A DNA stretch of 64,000 bases from a virus (Duplodnaviria > Heunggongvirae > Uroviricota > Caudoviricetes), in IMG/VR virus record IMGVR_UViG_3300037418_002962, positions 26,650 to 90,649 of that record; one strand, given 5' to 3'. Numbering within the stretch: the first letter of the stretch is position 1; each line of letters opens with the position of its first letter. The translations under genes were made by a program, and so were the position numbers. Shown in pieces: positions 37,503 to 47,672 of the stretch. A model generated the notes under the pieces. The model saw only the letters and a program-made list of their open reading frames with translations, was not told the DNA's origin and did no database searches.

Positions 37503-39517
37503 GCTAATTCTACAATAACGCTTGATGGCATAGAGCTTGAAGGCAATCCTCCTGTATAGCCAATTGCTCTTGGTCCACCTGAAGAGCCTCCCCCACCAGC
37601 CACAACATTATTAACAGTCTGTGGAGCAATAATAATATTACTTTTATTGGCCTGAGTCTCTGATTGTTTTAGTAGTTTAACTCCAGAACCATCTAAAGCT
37701 GATGTTGATTTGACATTCATTGGATTAAATGGTTCTCCTTCGGTCTGGCTAACATTATTATCGGAATCATTAAGTTTCTGAATAAATTTCTTTTGACCAC
37801 TTCTAAGTGGTGTTGCATCTGCTGTTGGAGATGATGTTGGAGATGATGTTTTACCTTTCGGAAACGGAATTGCATCTGACTGATATTTTTCCTGATTAGA
37901 TCTAAATGCCTGTGAAATTCCTCTCTGGATTTGCTCATCAGTTACTCTTCCTTTGCCAACTTCTACATGAGTTATGGCATCAAGAAGCTGGAACATTACA
38001 TTTCTGTCATGGATATCAATTTTATCATCAGGAGAAACACCTAACTTCTTAGATACCTGCCTGATATACTCTGATGTATTATTATGATCGCTTTCTGGTG
38101 CCCATTTAGTTATGATTCCTCTAACTGTATTGATTCCTCTTGAAGAATATATTTCAATTTGATGGGCAGCCGCTGCAATTCCGTCTTCCATATTTTTAAA
38201 TACAGCAAATCTACCGTCTATTCCAGATTCTTTAGTGGCTCCATTTTGATTAGCAAAATTAAGGTTAGTTGGATTGTTATTTCTAATTCCCCTTGGATCA
38301 CTGGAACTATGAAGATCTACACCATTGTTATTAATGATATTTTGATTAAATTTCTTTTGACCTTCAGTAAGATTTCCAATTGATCCTGGATCAGAACCAC
38401 CAAATCTTTTTACTTGGTCAGCATTATATTTGTCTCTATGACTTGCCTCCAGATCAGCCAAATCCTTATCTGTAACATCTGTTGATCTACTAAATCCACG
38501 CTCTTCTCCTGGTTTAGCATCTCTGTTACCCCAAGTCTCTAAAATACTATCAATTTTATCTGTTAATGTTTTGTCTCGTTGGTTATTAATTCCTAATTTA
38601 TTTTCTACTTTATCTATAATTTTAGTAGTTGCATCTGACAACCATATACCAAGTTTTTCTGGTAAATCCTTATATAATTCTGGAAAAGCTCTACGAATAA
38701 TGTCTGCAGCAACTATTCCGAGGCCCATTTTTCCTAAAAATCCAAGTTTTTCCTTACCTGACATGTCAGAGAAGAAATTCCCATGAGAATTATGGTCTTC
38801 TGGATTGAAATTTTCGTCTTTGTTATTTTCGTTTTCTAGCTCTTCTTCATTAGAGTTTCTTTCTTCTCTTCTGACTGCATCCGCTTCCGCTTTTTGTTCT
38901 GCTGCTTCCTGTCTATTTGATAAATTTGTAACAATATTGATGATTTCTTGAATATCAGTATTAACTTCATCAAGTTTATCTTTAATCATAAATGCAGAAT
39001 TTTTTACTGCATCGGTATTTCTGTTAATTGCCTCTACAATAGAACTTGTTTCTTTTCCAGAATTTTGCTCAAATCTTTTAAATTGTTCTCCAAGATGAGA
39101 AATTTCCCTAAAGATTCTGAAAACCCTTTGTTCAGTATCGTTATCATTATCTGAAGTTGAGGATGAGGATGATTGGTTCTGTCTTTTTTCTTTTTGAGCA
39201 TTAATATGATTAATCATTTCATCTGACCAGCCACCAGGATTTCCGGTAGCAGTAGAGTTTTCATTATTTTTTGATTGTTCTCTATTAAGTTTTTCTTTTA
39301 GAGTTGAAGAAGCATTCGAGTAGTCGATATCATTAGGACTCCAGGTAGGTTTCTTTTTGTCTTTTATTTTTTTACCAATTTTGCCTAAAGCAGATCCTGC
39401 ACTTTCTGCTTCGAACCCAGCTTCTTCACCAGCCTTCACTAGTCCAGCACCAAGTTCTTCAACACCTGCTGCCAATCCTTCTCCGATTTCTGCTAGACCT
39501 TCCGCTATAAATGCCAT
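37499..39517 (-). CDS. Tape-measure/hub-like protein with a lysozyme-like domain
   Basis: Coiled-coil N-half; RGIRNNNPTN...IITKWAP..NNTSEY domain; downstream of gp26/gp51. Confidence 0.55.
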   Translation of the reverse strand: MAFIAEGLAEIGEGLAAGVEELGAGLVKAGEEAGFEAESAGSALGKIGKKIKDKKKPTWSPNDIDYSNASSTLKEKLNREQSKNNENSTATGNPGGWSDEMINHINAQKEKRQNQSSSSSTSDNDNDTEQRVFRIFREISHLGEQFKRFEQNSGKETSSIVEAINRNTDAVKNSAFMIKDKLDEVNTDIQEIINIVTNLSNRQEAAEQKAEADAVRREERNSNEEELENENNKDENFNPEDHNSHGNFFSDMSGKEKLGFLGKMGLGIVAADIIRRAFPELYKDLPEKLGIWLSDATTKIIDKVENKLGINNQRDKTLTDKIDSILETWGNRDAKPGEERGFSRSTDVTDKDLADLEASHRDKYNADQVKRFGGSDPGSIGNLTEGQKKFNQNIINNNGVDLHSSSDPRGIRNNNPTNLNFANQNGATKESGIDGRFAVFKNMEDGIAAAAHQIEIYSSRGINTVRGIITKWAPESDHNNTSEYIRQVSKKLGVSPDDKIDIHDRNVMFQLLDAITHVEVGKGRVTDEQIQRGISQAFRSNQEKYQSDAIPFPKGKTSSPTSSPTADATPLRSGQKKFIQKLNDSDNNVSQTEGEPFNPMNVKSTSALDGSGVKLLKQSETQANKSNIIIAPQTVNNVVAGGGGSSGGPRAIGYTGGLPSSSMPSSVIVELA

Positions 39518-39520
39518 TTA

Positions 39521-39664
39521 TTAAGTACTCTGTTCCTTTTTGTCCATTTCTGCCTTAATTAAATCAGCAAATAGTTCTCTTTCATAAGGAAAAAGATTAT
39601 CAATTTCTGTTAATGACCATCCATGATGTTGTCTTAAAGTAAAATAGACAAAATAGAAATCCAT
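39521..39664 (-). CDS. gp51: Baseplate hub assembly protein gp51-like (47 aa, not in the ORF track)
   Basis: MDFYFVYFTLRQHHGWSLTEIDNLFPYERELF matches the recalled gp51 pattern (QHH..SLTEI..P.ER). Confidence 0.8.
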   Translation of the reverse strand: MDFYFVYFTLRQHHGWSLTEIDNLFPYERELFADLIKAEMDKKEQST

Positions 39665-39678
39665 TATTGAAGTTTTAC

Positions 39679-40389
39679 TTAAGCCAACGTAAAAAAATCT
39701 GATAGTTTACTTAATACTATCTTCCTTTCATTCCCTAATTTGTTTTTATAATTGACAACATATTTTAGTTGTGGCATTGTTTCTAGAAATTGTTCCATTT
39801 TATTCAGAGTGCCAACAGGAAGAGTTTCTAAGAACTCATTAATATCTTCTGAGGAATAATCAGAAAAATTATAAATTTCTTCTTCATCATAGACCTTATC
39901 TAGACACATTTTAATGATAGCAAACAGAATGTCTGCTTTATTCTGAGCAGTTTTGAAATCATCTGACAAAGTAGTACCTGGATATTTCATTATAACTCCA
40001 GTCTCATCAGTAATCTTGATTGTTTTGTTATGATTTGGATTAACTTCTACAACAACTTTATCTAGATCAATATCATGTTTATGAACTTGTTTATCTTCAT
40101 TATCGATATAAGGAACAGTAATAATATTATTCACAGACTTTGAATATAACTTAATGAAAATATAATCAATATCAAAAGCAGCCAAAGAATCTAGGTCTAT
40201 CTTATCGATAATACAATTTGCAATAACCTGTTTTACGGCATAGATAACATCAGCAAGAGAGCCTTCCTTAGCAATCAGTAGAATTTTTTCTTCCTTGGAA
40301 AGGTAAGGGCGAAATCTCACCTTCTGTCCAGTGCTTGGTATAGTCAATTCATATGTTGGATATTCATTTTTAATAGGAAAATTTGACAT
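39679..40389 (-). CDS. gp26: Baseplate hub subunit gp26
   Basis: PTYELTIPSTGQKVRFRPYLSKEEKILL, FDIDYIFIKL, C-terminal LSDFF. Confidence 0.88.
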   Translation of the reverse strand: MSNFPIKNEYPTYELTIPSTGQKVRFRPYLSKEEKILLIAKEGSLADVIYAVKQVIANCIIDKIDLDSLAAFDIDYIFIKLYSKSVNNIITVPYIDNEDKQVHKHDIDLDKVVVEVNPNHNKTIKITDETGVIMKYPGTTLSDDFKTAQNKADILFAIIKMCLDKVYDEEEIYNFSDYSSEDINEFLETLPVGTLNKMEQFLETMPQLKYVVNYKNKLGNERKIVLSKLSDFFTLA

Positions 40390-40400
40390 AATATAACTCC

Positions 40401-41252
40401 TTAAATACTTATAGTTTGATTATCTGAATTATTAGTAGGAAATCCAAGATTACTTGTTGTATTATCAATAGTGCTAGCAATTGTACTAGAAGCAACAACT
40501 CCACCAATAAAGCTTTCTGTATAAGACAAACCAGTAGCAAGAATTCCTGTAAGATCTGGAAAGAACCCGGTAGTAGAATAGAAAGTATCTGTGAAGTTGA
40601 ATTTTACAGGAACGATCATATAATGGTCTTCATCACCCCAATCTACATATATATCACCAACAGCAACTGGAAATGCTTCATTAAGATTTACTGTATAGGC
40701 AACATTTCCTGCTGAATCAAAAATATTGATAGCAATATCAGTCTGATAATTTTCTTTATAATTAACAAACCAGGGAAGCATTGGTGCAGAATTATTTGGT
40801 CTACTCATTGGTGGAGAATTTGGCCCTTGGTCTGAAGAAACTTCAACAGCAGATCTTAGCCAGTCATTGAAGAAGTTCAGAATTACTCCAGATGCATCTG
40901 CTATAAAATTCAGGGTAATTTCTGGATTTTCAAACCCCATTGGCATTTTCTGTAAAGGCCCGTAACCGTATCTTTGAACATTCTTAGTAACCAGAGCAAT
41001 TCCGGGAAGTGTTGTGGCCTTACAGAAGAATGAAAGTGTTTCTACATTTACTACAGATGATTGAAGAAATGGTGGAACTCCTATCTGGACCTGGAAATGA
41101 TTTGTCCTAAGTACTCCACCAAGAGAATCTATCTGAGATCTAAATGCAGAAATATTGAATGTGCCATCAGAAAATGTACCAGTGCTAATATCTGCACCAA
41201 TACTTAATCCGTCTATACCGATTCCTGCATTAAAACTAATATCAAGGGACAT
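40401..41252 (-). CDS. gp54: Baseplate tail-tube initiator gp54-like
   Basis: RTNHFQV, CKATTLPG, FFNDW, EAFPVAVG tube-fold pattern; synteny. Confidence 0.6.
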   Translation of the reverse strand: MSLDISFNAGIGIDGLSIGADISTGTFSDGTFNISAFRSQIDSLGGVLRTNHFQVQIGVPPFLQSSVVNVETLSFFCKATTLPGIALVTKNVQRYGYGPLQKMPMGFENPEITLNFIADASGVILNFFNDWLRSAVEVSSDQGPNSPPMSRPNNSAPMLPWFVNYKENYQTDIAINIFDSAGNVAYTVNLNEAFPVAVGDIYVDWGDEDHYMIVPVKFNFTDTFYSTTGFFPDLTGILATGLSYTESFIGGVVASSTIASTIDNTTSNLGFPTNNSDNQTISI

Positions 41253-41414
41253 TTTTTTCTTTTACACATCCATGTTTGGGAAGTTCTATTTTAGAATTGT
41301 AATGAAATGTTTTAATATCACCACATCCTGTACACTTATATTGAAATGTAGTGAAATCCATTATTGGTATTTGAATCCAATTATGGTCAATATAAGTGTA
41401 CTCGTAGAATCTCA

Positions 41415-41642
41415 TTACTTATCGTCTTTCCCATGCACAATAATATCACCATGATTCCAGACAAATTTATCTGGATTAACTTTTGGTGCTGCTGTAGTAG
41501 CTTCTGGATGTACAACAAGATCACCAATTTTCCATGAGAACTTGTCATGATTAATTTCAGGCTTTACTTCTGCTGGAATAATATTAATATCTCCAGGGTT
41601 CCATGTGAACTTGTCGAGGTTCTTTGTAGTTTCTTTACTCAT
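41415..41642 (-). CDS. Small protein with three DKFxWxxGD repeats
   Basis: DKFTWNPGDI, DKFSWKIGDL, DKFVWNHGDI; GGAG RBS. Confidence 0.7.
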   Translation of the reverse strand: MSKETTKNLDKFTWNPGDINIIPAEVKPEINHDKFSWKIGDLVVHPEATTAAPKVNPDKFVWNHGDIIVHGKDDK

Positions 41643-41653
41643 TTTAATCTCCT

Positions 41654-42319
41654 TTATGGTTTCTTTTTAGGTTTGGGTTGTTGTTTGCGGTTTTTGCTAT
41701 TTTTTGGTAAACTTTGATTATGTGTATTTATGCTAGATTGGCTATCATTCCATACAGACTGTATAGAACTGGCCTTTTCAAAGCGCGCCACTGGCAAAAA
41801 TACTGCGGGAGCCCATTGTTCAGGTTCAATATATAAAATTTGTGATTGGATATGACTTGATAAATATTTTTTAAAGGCTGGTTTAAATGCAGAAAATTTT
41901 GATGCATTTTTTAAAATTCCGTAGCTGATCTTAAGGCGCGTGCTATCATCGAATTTTTTATTATTTAATAGAGAGTAAAGTTGGTCTAGCAAGCGACTCC
42001 GTAAAAACGGGCTAAGATAATGTAAGTTAATGGCATAGTGAAATCCTTTACCTACATCCACAATAAAGACAAGAGGAAATCTGTCCCAATAAGGTAAAAC
42101 TTTTTTATATTTTGCATCATATTGATAAAATACCATTCTACCAATCACGTCTGGAGATATAGAATTAAAAAGATTTGCAGGATTTTCTTTTAAGAGTTTA
42201 TTGGGGCTTAAAGTTTTTGGTATAAGATTTGACCATAACCAGTCAGAAGCTTTTTTAGAGTCTAAGCCTTTTTTCTGTGCTTCAATTAATATTTTGTCAA
42301 AAGTGCTTAAATTAGGCAT
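41654..42319 (-). CDS. gp2: DNA end protector gp2
   Basis: GRMVFYQYDAK..LPYWDRFPLVF, INLHYL, KKYLSSHI. Confidence 0.92.
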   Translation of the reverse strand: MPNLSTFDKILIEAQKKGLDSKKASDWLWSNLIPKTLSPNKLLKENPANLFNSISPDVIGRMVFYQYDAKYKKVLPYWDRFPLVFIVDVGKGFHYAINLHYLSPFLRSRLLDQLYSLLNNKKFDDSTRLKISYGILKNASKFSAFKPAFKKYLSSHIQSQILYIEPEQWAPAVFLPVARFEKASSIQSVWNDSQSSINTHNQSLPKNSKNRKQQPKPKKKP

Positions 42320-43305
42320 TTTGCTTGAATATCTTCCAATAATATAGCTTTAAATCCTTTATGGCTATTTCTTTTACCCGTAGCTACAGAGCTTAAATGA
42401 CCTTGGTTTAAATTATGCTCTCTACAAAACTTTGATAAATTAAAAACTATTTCTTCATGACCATCTGGAAATATAACAATATATTTCTTAGAGTTAGCTT
42501 CCGCAATTTTTTCTTTTGTTCCATTTGAACAAGGAGAACGAGTTAATCCCAATTGCCAAGCAGACATTTTTGCTTTTGCTACCTCGTCTCGTTTTTTACC
42601 TGTATTTGCTTTAGAAATTTTTTCTTTTGTTTCTTCAGTAACTTCACGACCAATAAGAGCTAATGATATTTTTTCCCCTATTTCTTTAGCTTTTTCCTTA
42701 CCATGTCTTTCTTCAAAAGAAATTCCTTTTTGAGTATTTGAGATCTTAATTTTTGTTTCTTCCTTGCAGGGCTTCCCTTTTTTTGCAATAGAAATCTTTT
42801 TGCGCGTTTCTAATGATTTTGGCCTTCCTAAATTAGCTTGTCTAGTCTTTTCTATTGATTCAGGAGAATTTTTTCTTCCTTTGCGACATTCAGAATTTTT
42901 TCTTCTATGTTCTTCTGATAATTTTCTGCCTGTTAGAGCTTTAGATATATTTTTCTTTCTTTCTTCAGAAAAAATACATCCTAAATTTCCTTCTCCACCT
43001 TTAGTAAGATTATAGCCATTACAAAATGAATCTCCAACAAAAGAATGATATTGAGAAATGAAATATGATTCCATTGTATTTAATACATAATCTCCATCTA
43101 GAGATTGAAAAATAATTTCCCAATTAAAATTTTCCTTTCCATATTTTCTTATTGATCTATGAAAAGGGCCATTATAATCAGTTGTGTTTTTATTGAAAGA
43201 ATCATTTAAATGCTTTTTTTGTCTTCTCTTCAAGTTATTCGTAAATCCGATATAACACTTACCATTCACTTTATTTGTTGCTTTGTAGATACTATAAACT
43301 TCCAT
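42307..43305 (-). mobile_element. Free-standing GIY-YIG homing endonuclease with NUMOD3 repeats
   Basis: SIYKATNKVNGKCYIGFT; SEEHRRK/SEETK-type repeats; C-terminal HTH-like region. Confidence 0.9.
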
Positions 43306-43403
43306 AATAATTCTCTGAATATCTCCCCCTTTATTTGCTATGAATTAAACATTATACAACATTCGATAACAAATTTCTAGAGTTATTTATCTGAAATCAG
43401 TAA

Positions 43404-43853
43404 CTATTTCCGCTTTTTAATTCCAATTGAATATTCGTCCCAAACTTCAAATATCATTCCCATTCTGGCACAATATTTTCTAGCTGCTTCCCATTTACAT
43501 TGATTAACAGCAAAAGTTGCCATCTCATTAATGTAACCTTTTGTTGCTTTTTGTTGGGCCTTAGGAGGCTTACATTGTTTTTCTGGTTTTACTTCAATCA
43601 TGAAGGTTTTTACCCCTTCTGGAGTTTTCTTTTTTACAATAAAATCAGGAAAATAGCGATGTAGCTTATTGTCCAGTGGAGAAGTGTACAATATGGCCTG
43701 TTCTTCGCTGGACCATTGCAAAACATTTGGGTCATCATCAAATTTCCGCATTACTGCGAATTCCCAACTACTCCGAAAAATAATTTCTGTAGGGTCTCCA
43801 CGATATTTTTCAGGGAAACGTGGCTTAAATCTTTCTTTGAAATACTTACCCAT
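43404..43853 (-). CDS. gp4: Head completion nuclease gp4
   Basis: FKPRFPEKYRGDP..FRSSWE, WSSEE, RYFPDF, IEVKP. Confidence 0.95.
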   Translation of the reverse strand: MGKYFKERFKPRFPEKYRGDPTEIIFRSSWEFAVMRKFDDDPNVLQWSSEEQAILYTSPLDNKLHRYFPDFIVKKKTPEGVKTFMIEVKPEKQCKPPKAQQKATKGYINEMATFAVNQCKWEAARKYCARMGMIFEVWDEYSIGIKKRK

Positions 43854-43992
43854 TTGGTTTATCTTTCCAGTCCTTTGCTAACTCAGAGTTAGTCTTTCCA
43901 GGACTTTTCAAACCATTCAATGGCCTTCTCATAAACAATACAGTTGGCCCAAGTTCTTTAGGTAATTCCTTAAACGATTTCAATTTATTTCC

Positions 43993-44021
43993 TATAAATA
44001 ATCAATAAACAAATATTTATA
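43993..44021. promoter_or_regulatory. Paired T4-type late promoters serving gp48 (+) and gp4 (-)
   Basis: TATAAATA at 43993-44000 (+) and its complement TATTTATA at 44014-44021. Confidence 0.7.
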
Positions 44022-44030
44022 GGAAAAACA

Positions 44031-45488
44031 ATGGCGATTCCTGGTCTTGTACCTCGTGTTCAACTTTTAATCAATAAAACAATACAGTCCGAAACTCCAA
44101 AAGGACTTACCCAAGATACTGTAACTAATGCCACAATATCTCCAAGTGGTGTTCAGGTTTCTGCAAGTATTTCTGGTGCTGTTGGAATTGATGGCACTGT
44201 TGGAACATCTGGTTCAGCAGTAGGAATGACTGTTGGTGGAGCAGCAGCAGTTTCTTTAAGTACTTCTGCTCTTTCTGGAATTGCTCAATTAAATGCAGGA
44301 TTATCGTTTGGTTCACCCCAAGGAAATTTTGGTGGTCCTTCTTCTGCACCTTTTGCATTTGCTTTACCAACTGGCACGGATTCTCTTTCCTTTCCTCTAG
44401 ATTTATCTACAGATACTGGAATCAGAATGGGATTTACTTTCACGAAATATTCAAGAGAACAGGCACAACAAGAACCAACCTATACTAATCAGGCACAAGT
44501 TTATTTGCCAGTTCCTGCAAATCTTAATGAACAATATGGAGTCTCTTATTCTCAAATATCACCTGGAATTGCAGGAAAAGCAGTTGGTGAACTATTCGGA
44601 AATCTTCAGAGTTCTGCAAACATGCTTGAAAAAGATCATTCTTGGGATGGAATCAAGGGTGCCTATAATAATTTTGCAGATAAAACTGCCTCTGCACTGA
44701 GAGGGACCATTGCAGGAAATACAATAGATAATGTAACAGATGCTCTAGTCCTTTCTGCCCTGAAATATAATATTCTTGGTATTTCTGATATGATCAAAGG
44801 TGTTACTGGGGATATTCCGATTGAAGGTATTATTCAGAACCAGCTAGGCAAGATCTTAAATCCTTCAACAACTGTTACATTGGCTGGTGTTGATTTAAGA
44901 AAGCATAACTTTACTTGGACATTCGCTCCAAAATCTCAAGATGAATCAGCAATACTGAAAAATATTTTTGATTTATTCAGAACAAGTATGTTGCCAACTA
45001 CTACAGGGAAATTCTTCCTTGATTTTCCAATGCTTGTTCAGCCAAAGTTCACTCCAATGGATAGCAATCTTTATCCATTTAAACAGTGTTTCATTACTGA
45101 TGTAAAAATTAATCATGCTGGTGGTGGATCTCCATCATTCTTCTGGGATACAAAGGCTGGTACTATTATTGAATTTTCGATTTCATTAATTGAAACAGAG
45201 ATGTTTGTTAACAACGAGAATACTCCATCTAATGCAGGAAGCACACAAAATCCTTCTTCACAACAAAGTGACGATGATGATTCTGTATTAGTAAGTCCAT
45301 TAGCTCCAGTTCCTGGAATTCCTGTATCTCCAGGATTTAATTCTGGTGTAAATTTTGGTAACAATGTTATTGCTCCTGCTGGAAGTCCTTTAGCAAATCA
45401 ACTTGATAATAATCCTGGAAGCTTCTCATCTGGTGGAACAACCTTTGGACCTAAATTTACACAACCTAATAATACAGTGAGTGTTTAA
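44031..45488 (+). CDS. gp48: Baseplate tail-tube cap gp48-like
   Basis: YLPVPANL.EQYGVSY, NP..VDLRKHNFTWTFAPKS.DE, C.ITDV; precedes gp53. Confidence 0.8.
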   Translation: MAIPGLVPRVQLLINKTIQSETPKGLTQDTVTNATISPSGVQVSASISGAVGIDGTVGTSGSAVGMTVGGAAAVSLSTSALSGIAQLNAGLSFGSPQGNFGGPSSAPFAFALPTGTDSLSFPLDLSTDTGIRMGFTFTKYSREQAQQEPTYTNQAQVYLPVPANLNEQYGVSYSQISPGIAGKAVGELFGNLQSSANMLEKDHSWDGIKGAYNNFADKTASALRGTIAGNTIDNVTDALVLSALKYNILGISDMIKGVTGDIPIEGIIQNQLGKILNPSTTVTLAGVDLRKHNFTWTFAPKSQDESAILKNIFDLFRTSMLPTTTGKFFLDFPMLVQPKFTPMDSNLYPFKQCFITDVKINHAGGGSPSFFWDTKAGTIIEFSISLIETEMFVNNENTPSNAGSTQNPSSQQSDDDDSVLVSPLAPVPGIPVSPGFNSGVNFGNNVIAPAGSPLANQLDNNPGSFSSGGTTFGPKFTQPNNTVSV

Positions 45489-46339
45489 TGGCTAAGGGTT
45501 CATCACAATATTTTCTAAACTTTCCAATACTTAATTATAATGGATTTGCAGCTACTAATATTCTTGCAAGATCAGTGATTGCTAAGAAATTTATGGAGAA
45601 TACAGAATTATTCTATGAATATACTGTAAAGGATGGTGAGACTGCAGAGGGAGTTGCTTTCAATGCCTATGGTAATTCTTCCTATGTTTGGGTTTTGAGA
45701 TTATTCAATAATAATATCGATCCATATTATTCCTGGCCTTTATCTCAGGAAGAATTTGGTAATATGATAACAGATAAGTATGGATCATGGGAAATAGCTG
45801 CACAACAAATACAGTATTACCAGAATAATTGGGCAGGGGATGATAGAGTATTGAATCTAAATGGATATGATTCATTGCCAGACTATTTGAAGAAATATTG
45901 GAAACCAGTTATTCGTGCTGGTAACTATGTCTATCAATACAAAAGAAATCCATTAGATACAACTGTATCGACTAACCAGATCCTTCAAATTCCTGTTGCA
46001 AATTCTGGCAGTTTCATAGATAATGAGAAAGTTTCTCAAAATTCTGCCACAGGATTTGTTGCATTTTCTAATTCATCCATGCTAACGTTACAGCATATAA
46101 CAGGAGCTTTCAATAATACCGATATTATTACTGGAAATACTTCTGGAGTCAATGCAAGTCCTTCTGGAAGCATTAACCAGACCTTTGTAATTCCGAATGA
46201 TGAGGCAGTATATTATAATCCTGTCACTGTTCTTGATGTTGAGATGGAAAATAATCAAGTTAGAGCAAATATTAAGATTTTACGAAATGAATATTTACAA
46301 TCAGTTGTACAATCATTCGCTACGGAAATGCAATCATGA
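45488..46339 (+). CDS. gp53: Baseplate wedge gp53
   Basis: YF.NFP, YTVKDGETAE.VAF.AYG..W...NN.IDPYY.WPLS. Confidence 0.9.
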   Translation: MAKGSSQYFLNFPILNYNGFAATNILARSVIAKKFMENTELFYEYTVKDGETAEGVAFNAYGNSSYVWVLRLFNNNIDPYYSWPLSQEEFGNMITDKYGSWEIAAQQIQYYQNNWAGDDRVLNLNGYDSLPDYLKKYWKPVIRAGNYVYQYKRNPLDTTVSTNQILQIPVANSGSFIDNEKVSQNSATGFVAFSNSSMLTLQHITGAFNNTDIITGNTSGVNASPSGSINQTFVIPNDEAVYYNPVTVLDVEMENNQVRANIKILRNEYLQSVVQSFATEMQS

Positions 46340-47019
46340 TAAAATTTAAAGAATTAATAGAAGATTTAGGAAATCCAATTTATAATCCTAATGAACAAAA
46401 TTATGACAAATATACTCCAAAAAAATACAAACCACAATATGTTAATAATATCAGATTACATAAAAAACCAGAATTAACTCCTGATGAAAAAAATAGTATT
46501 GATCATTATACCAAGGCAGGATACGTTAATATGAATAAATTTCATAGAGGGGAAGAATTACATGATTTTGGTCCTGCACCTATGTGGGCAGAACATTCTG
46601 ATTTGGATAAAATAGAAGAGAGATCAGCACATCTTGATTCTGCAATAGCGAAGCATACTACCAATGTTCCTATCCATGTCTGGAGAGGAATTGATGACGA
46701 TGCAGTAAAGAAATTAAAACTTGGAAAAAATAAAATAATTCATGATCCTGGATATGTATCTACTTCGGTATCTCAAAATATAGCCTCAACAAGCTTTAAA
46801 AATCCAGTGCGAGACCAGCATCATATTATGAGCATTAGAGTCCCTAAAGGAAGTAAAGCAGTATATATGAATCAGCATAGCAAAAGAAATGTAGATGAAC
46901 ATGAAGTTCTGTTACCAAGAGGAAGTAAGTTTAGATATTCTCATACAACAGAGCATACTCATAAGTATGGCTATCCTGTCTTTGTCCATCACCTAGAACA
47001 TATTCCAGAGAAATCATGA
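46336..47019 (+). CDS. ADP-ribosyltransferase paralog 1 (R-S-E, VIP2/Alt-like)
   Basis: HVWRG, GYVSTS, EHEVLLPRG. Confidence 0.93.
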   Translation: MIKFKELIEDLGNPIYNPNEQNYDKYTPKKYKPQYVNNIRLHKKPELTPDEKNSIDHYTKAGYVNMNKFHRGEELHDFGPAPMWAEHSDLDKIEERSAHLDSAIAKHTTNVPIHVWRGIDDDAVKKLKLGKNKIIHDPGYVSTSVSQNIASTSFKNPVRDQHHIMSIRVPKGSKAVYMNQHSKRNVDEHEVLLPRGSKFRYSHTTEHTHKYGYPVFVHHLEHIPEKS

Positions 47020-47672
47020 AATCATTCAAGCAACTAATCGAATCCTCAGAAGAATCTCCACAAGTATGGGAAGGAATTCATGATCCTAATAAATCATATT
47101 TCAGGCCAGCAAAAAAAGAATTTACAAATTCATCTTTCCTGAGTTCAGAGGAACAAGCGCATGTCCATAATTATTCTGATTCAGGCCATAACAATATTAA
47201 CAAATATCACAGATTTCCCGGTTCGATTAAAATAGAGCCTGTTATTAAATCGATAGAAAGGCATACTAAGCATATAGATTCAGCAATTTCTAAAAGTACT
47301 GCCAAGAATCATATGCATCTCTGGAGAGGAACAGAGGAAGATGTTGTTAAGGATCTGAAACCAGGAGATACTTTCCATGATAATGGCTATGTTTCTACTT
47401 CCATGTCTCCACAAGTTTCATGGGGATTTGCAGGATATCATAATAAAGAAATTCATCTAATGCATATCAAGACTCCAAAAGGGTCTAAGGTACTGGACCT
47501 AGAACATCATGGAGCTACTGCCAATAAAGGAGAAAACGAATTTCTTTTGCCAAGGGGTTCTAAGTTCCGTTATGATGGAAAGACATCCAAGAAAGGCAAA
47601 ATTCCTGATGGCAGTACTTATATGCAGCATGTTCATCACTTAACTTACCTAGGCCAGCATGAAGACGTTTAA
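47016..47672 (+). CDS. ADP-ribosyltransferase paralog 2
   Basis: HLWRG, GYVSTS, ENEFLLPRG. Confidence 0.93.
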   Translation: MKSFKQLIESSEESPQVWEGIHDPNKSYFRPAKKEFTNSSFLSSEEQAHVHNYSDSGHNNINKYHRFPGSIKIEPVIKSIERHTKHIDSAISKSTAKNHMHLWRGTEEDVVKDLKPGDTFHDNGYVSTSMSPQVSWGFAGYHNKEIHLMHIKTPKGSKVLDLEHHGATANKGENEFLLPRGSKFRYDGKTSKKGKIPDGSTYMQHVHHLTYLGQHEDV

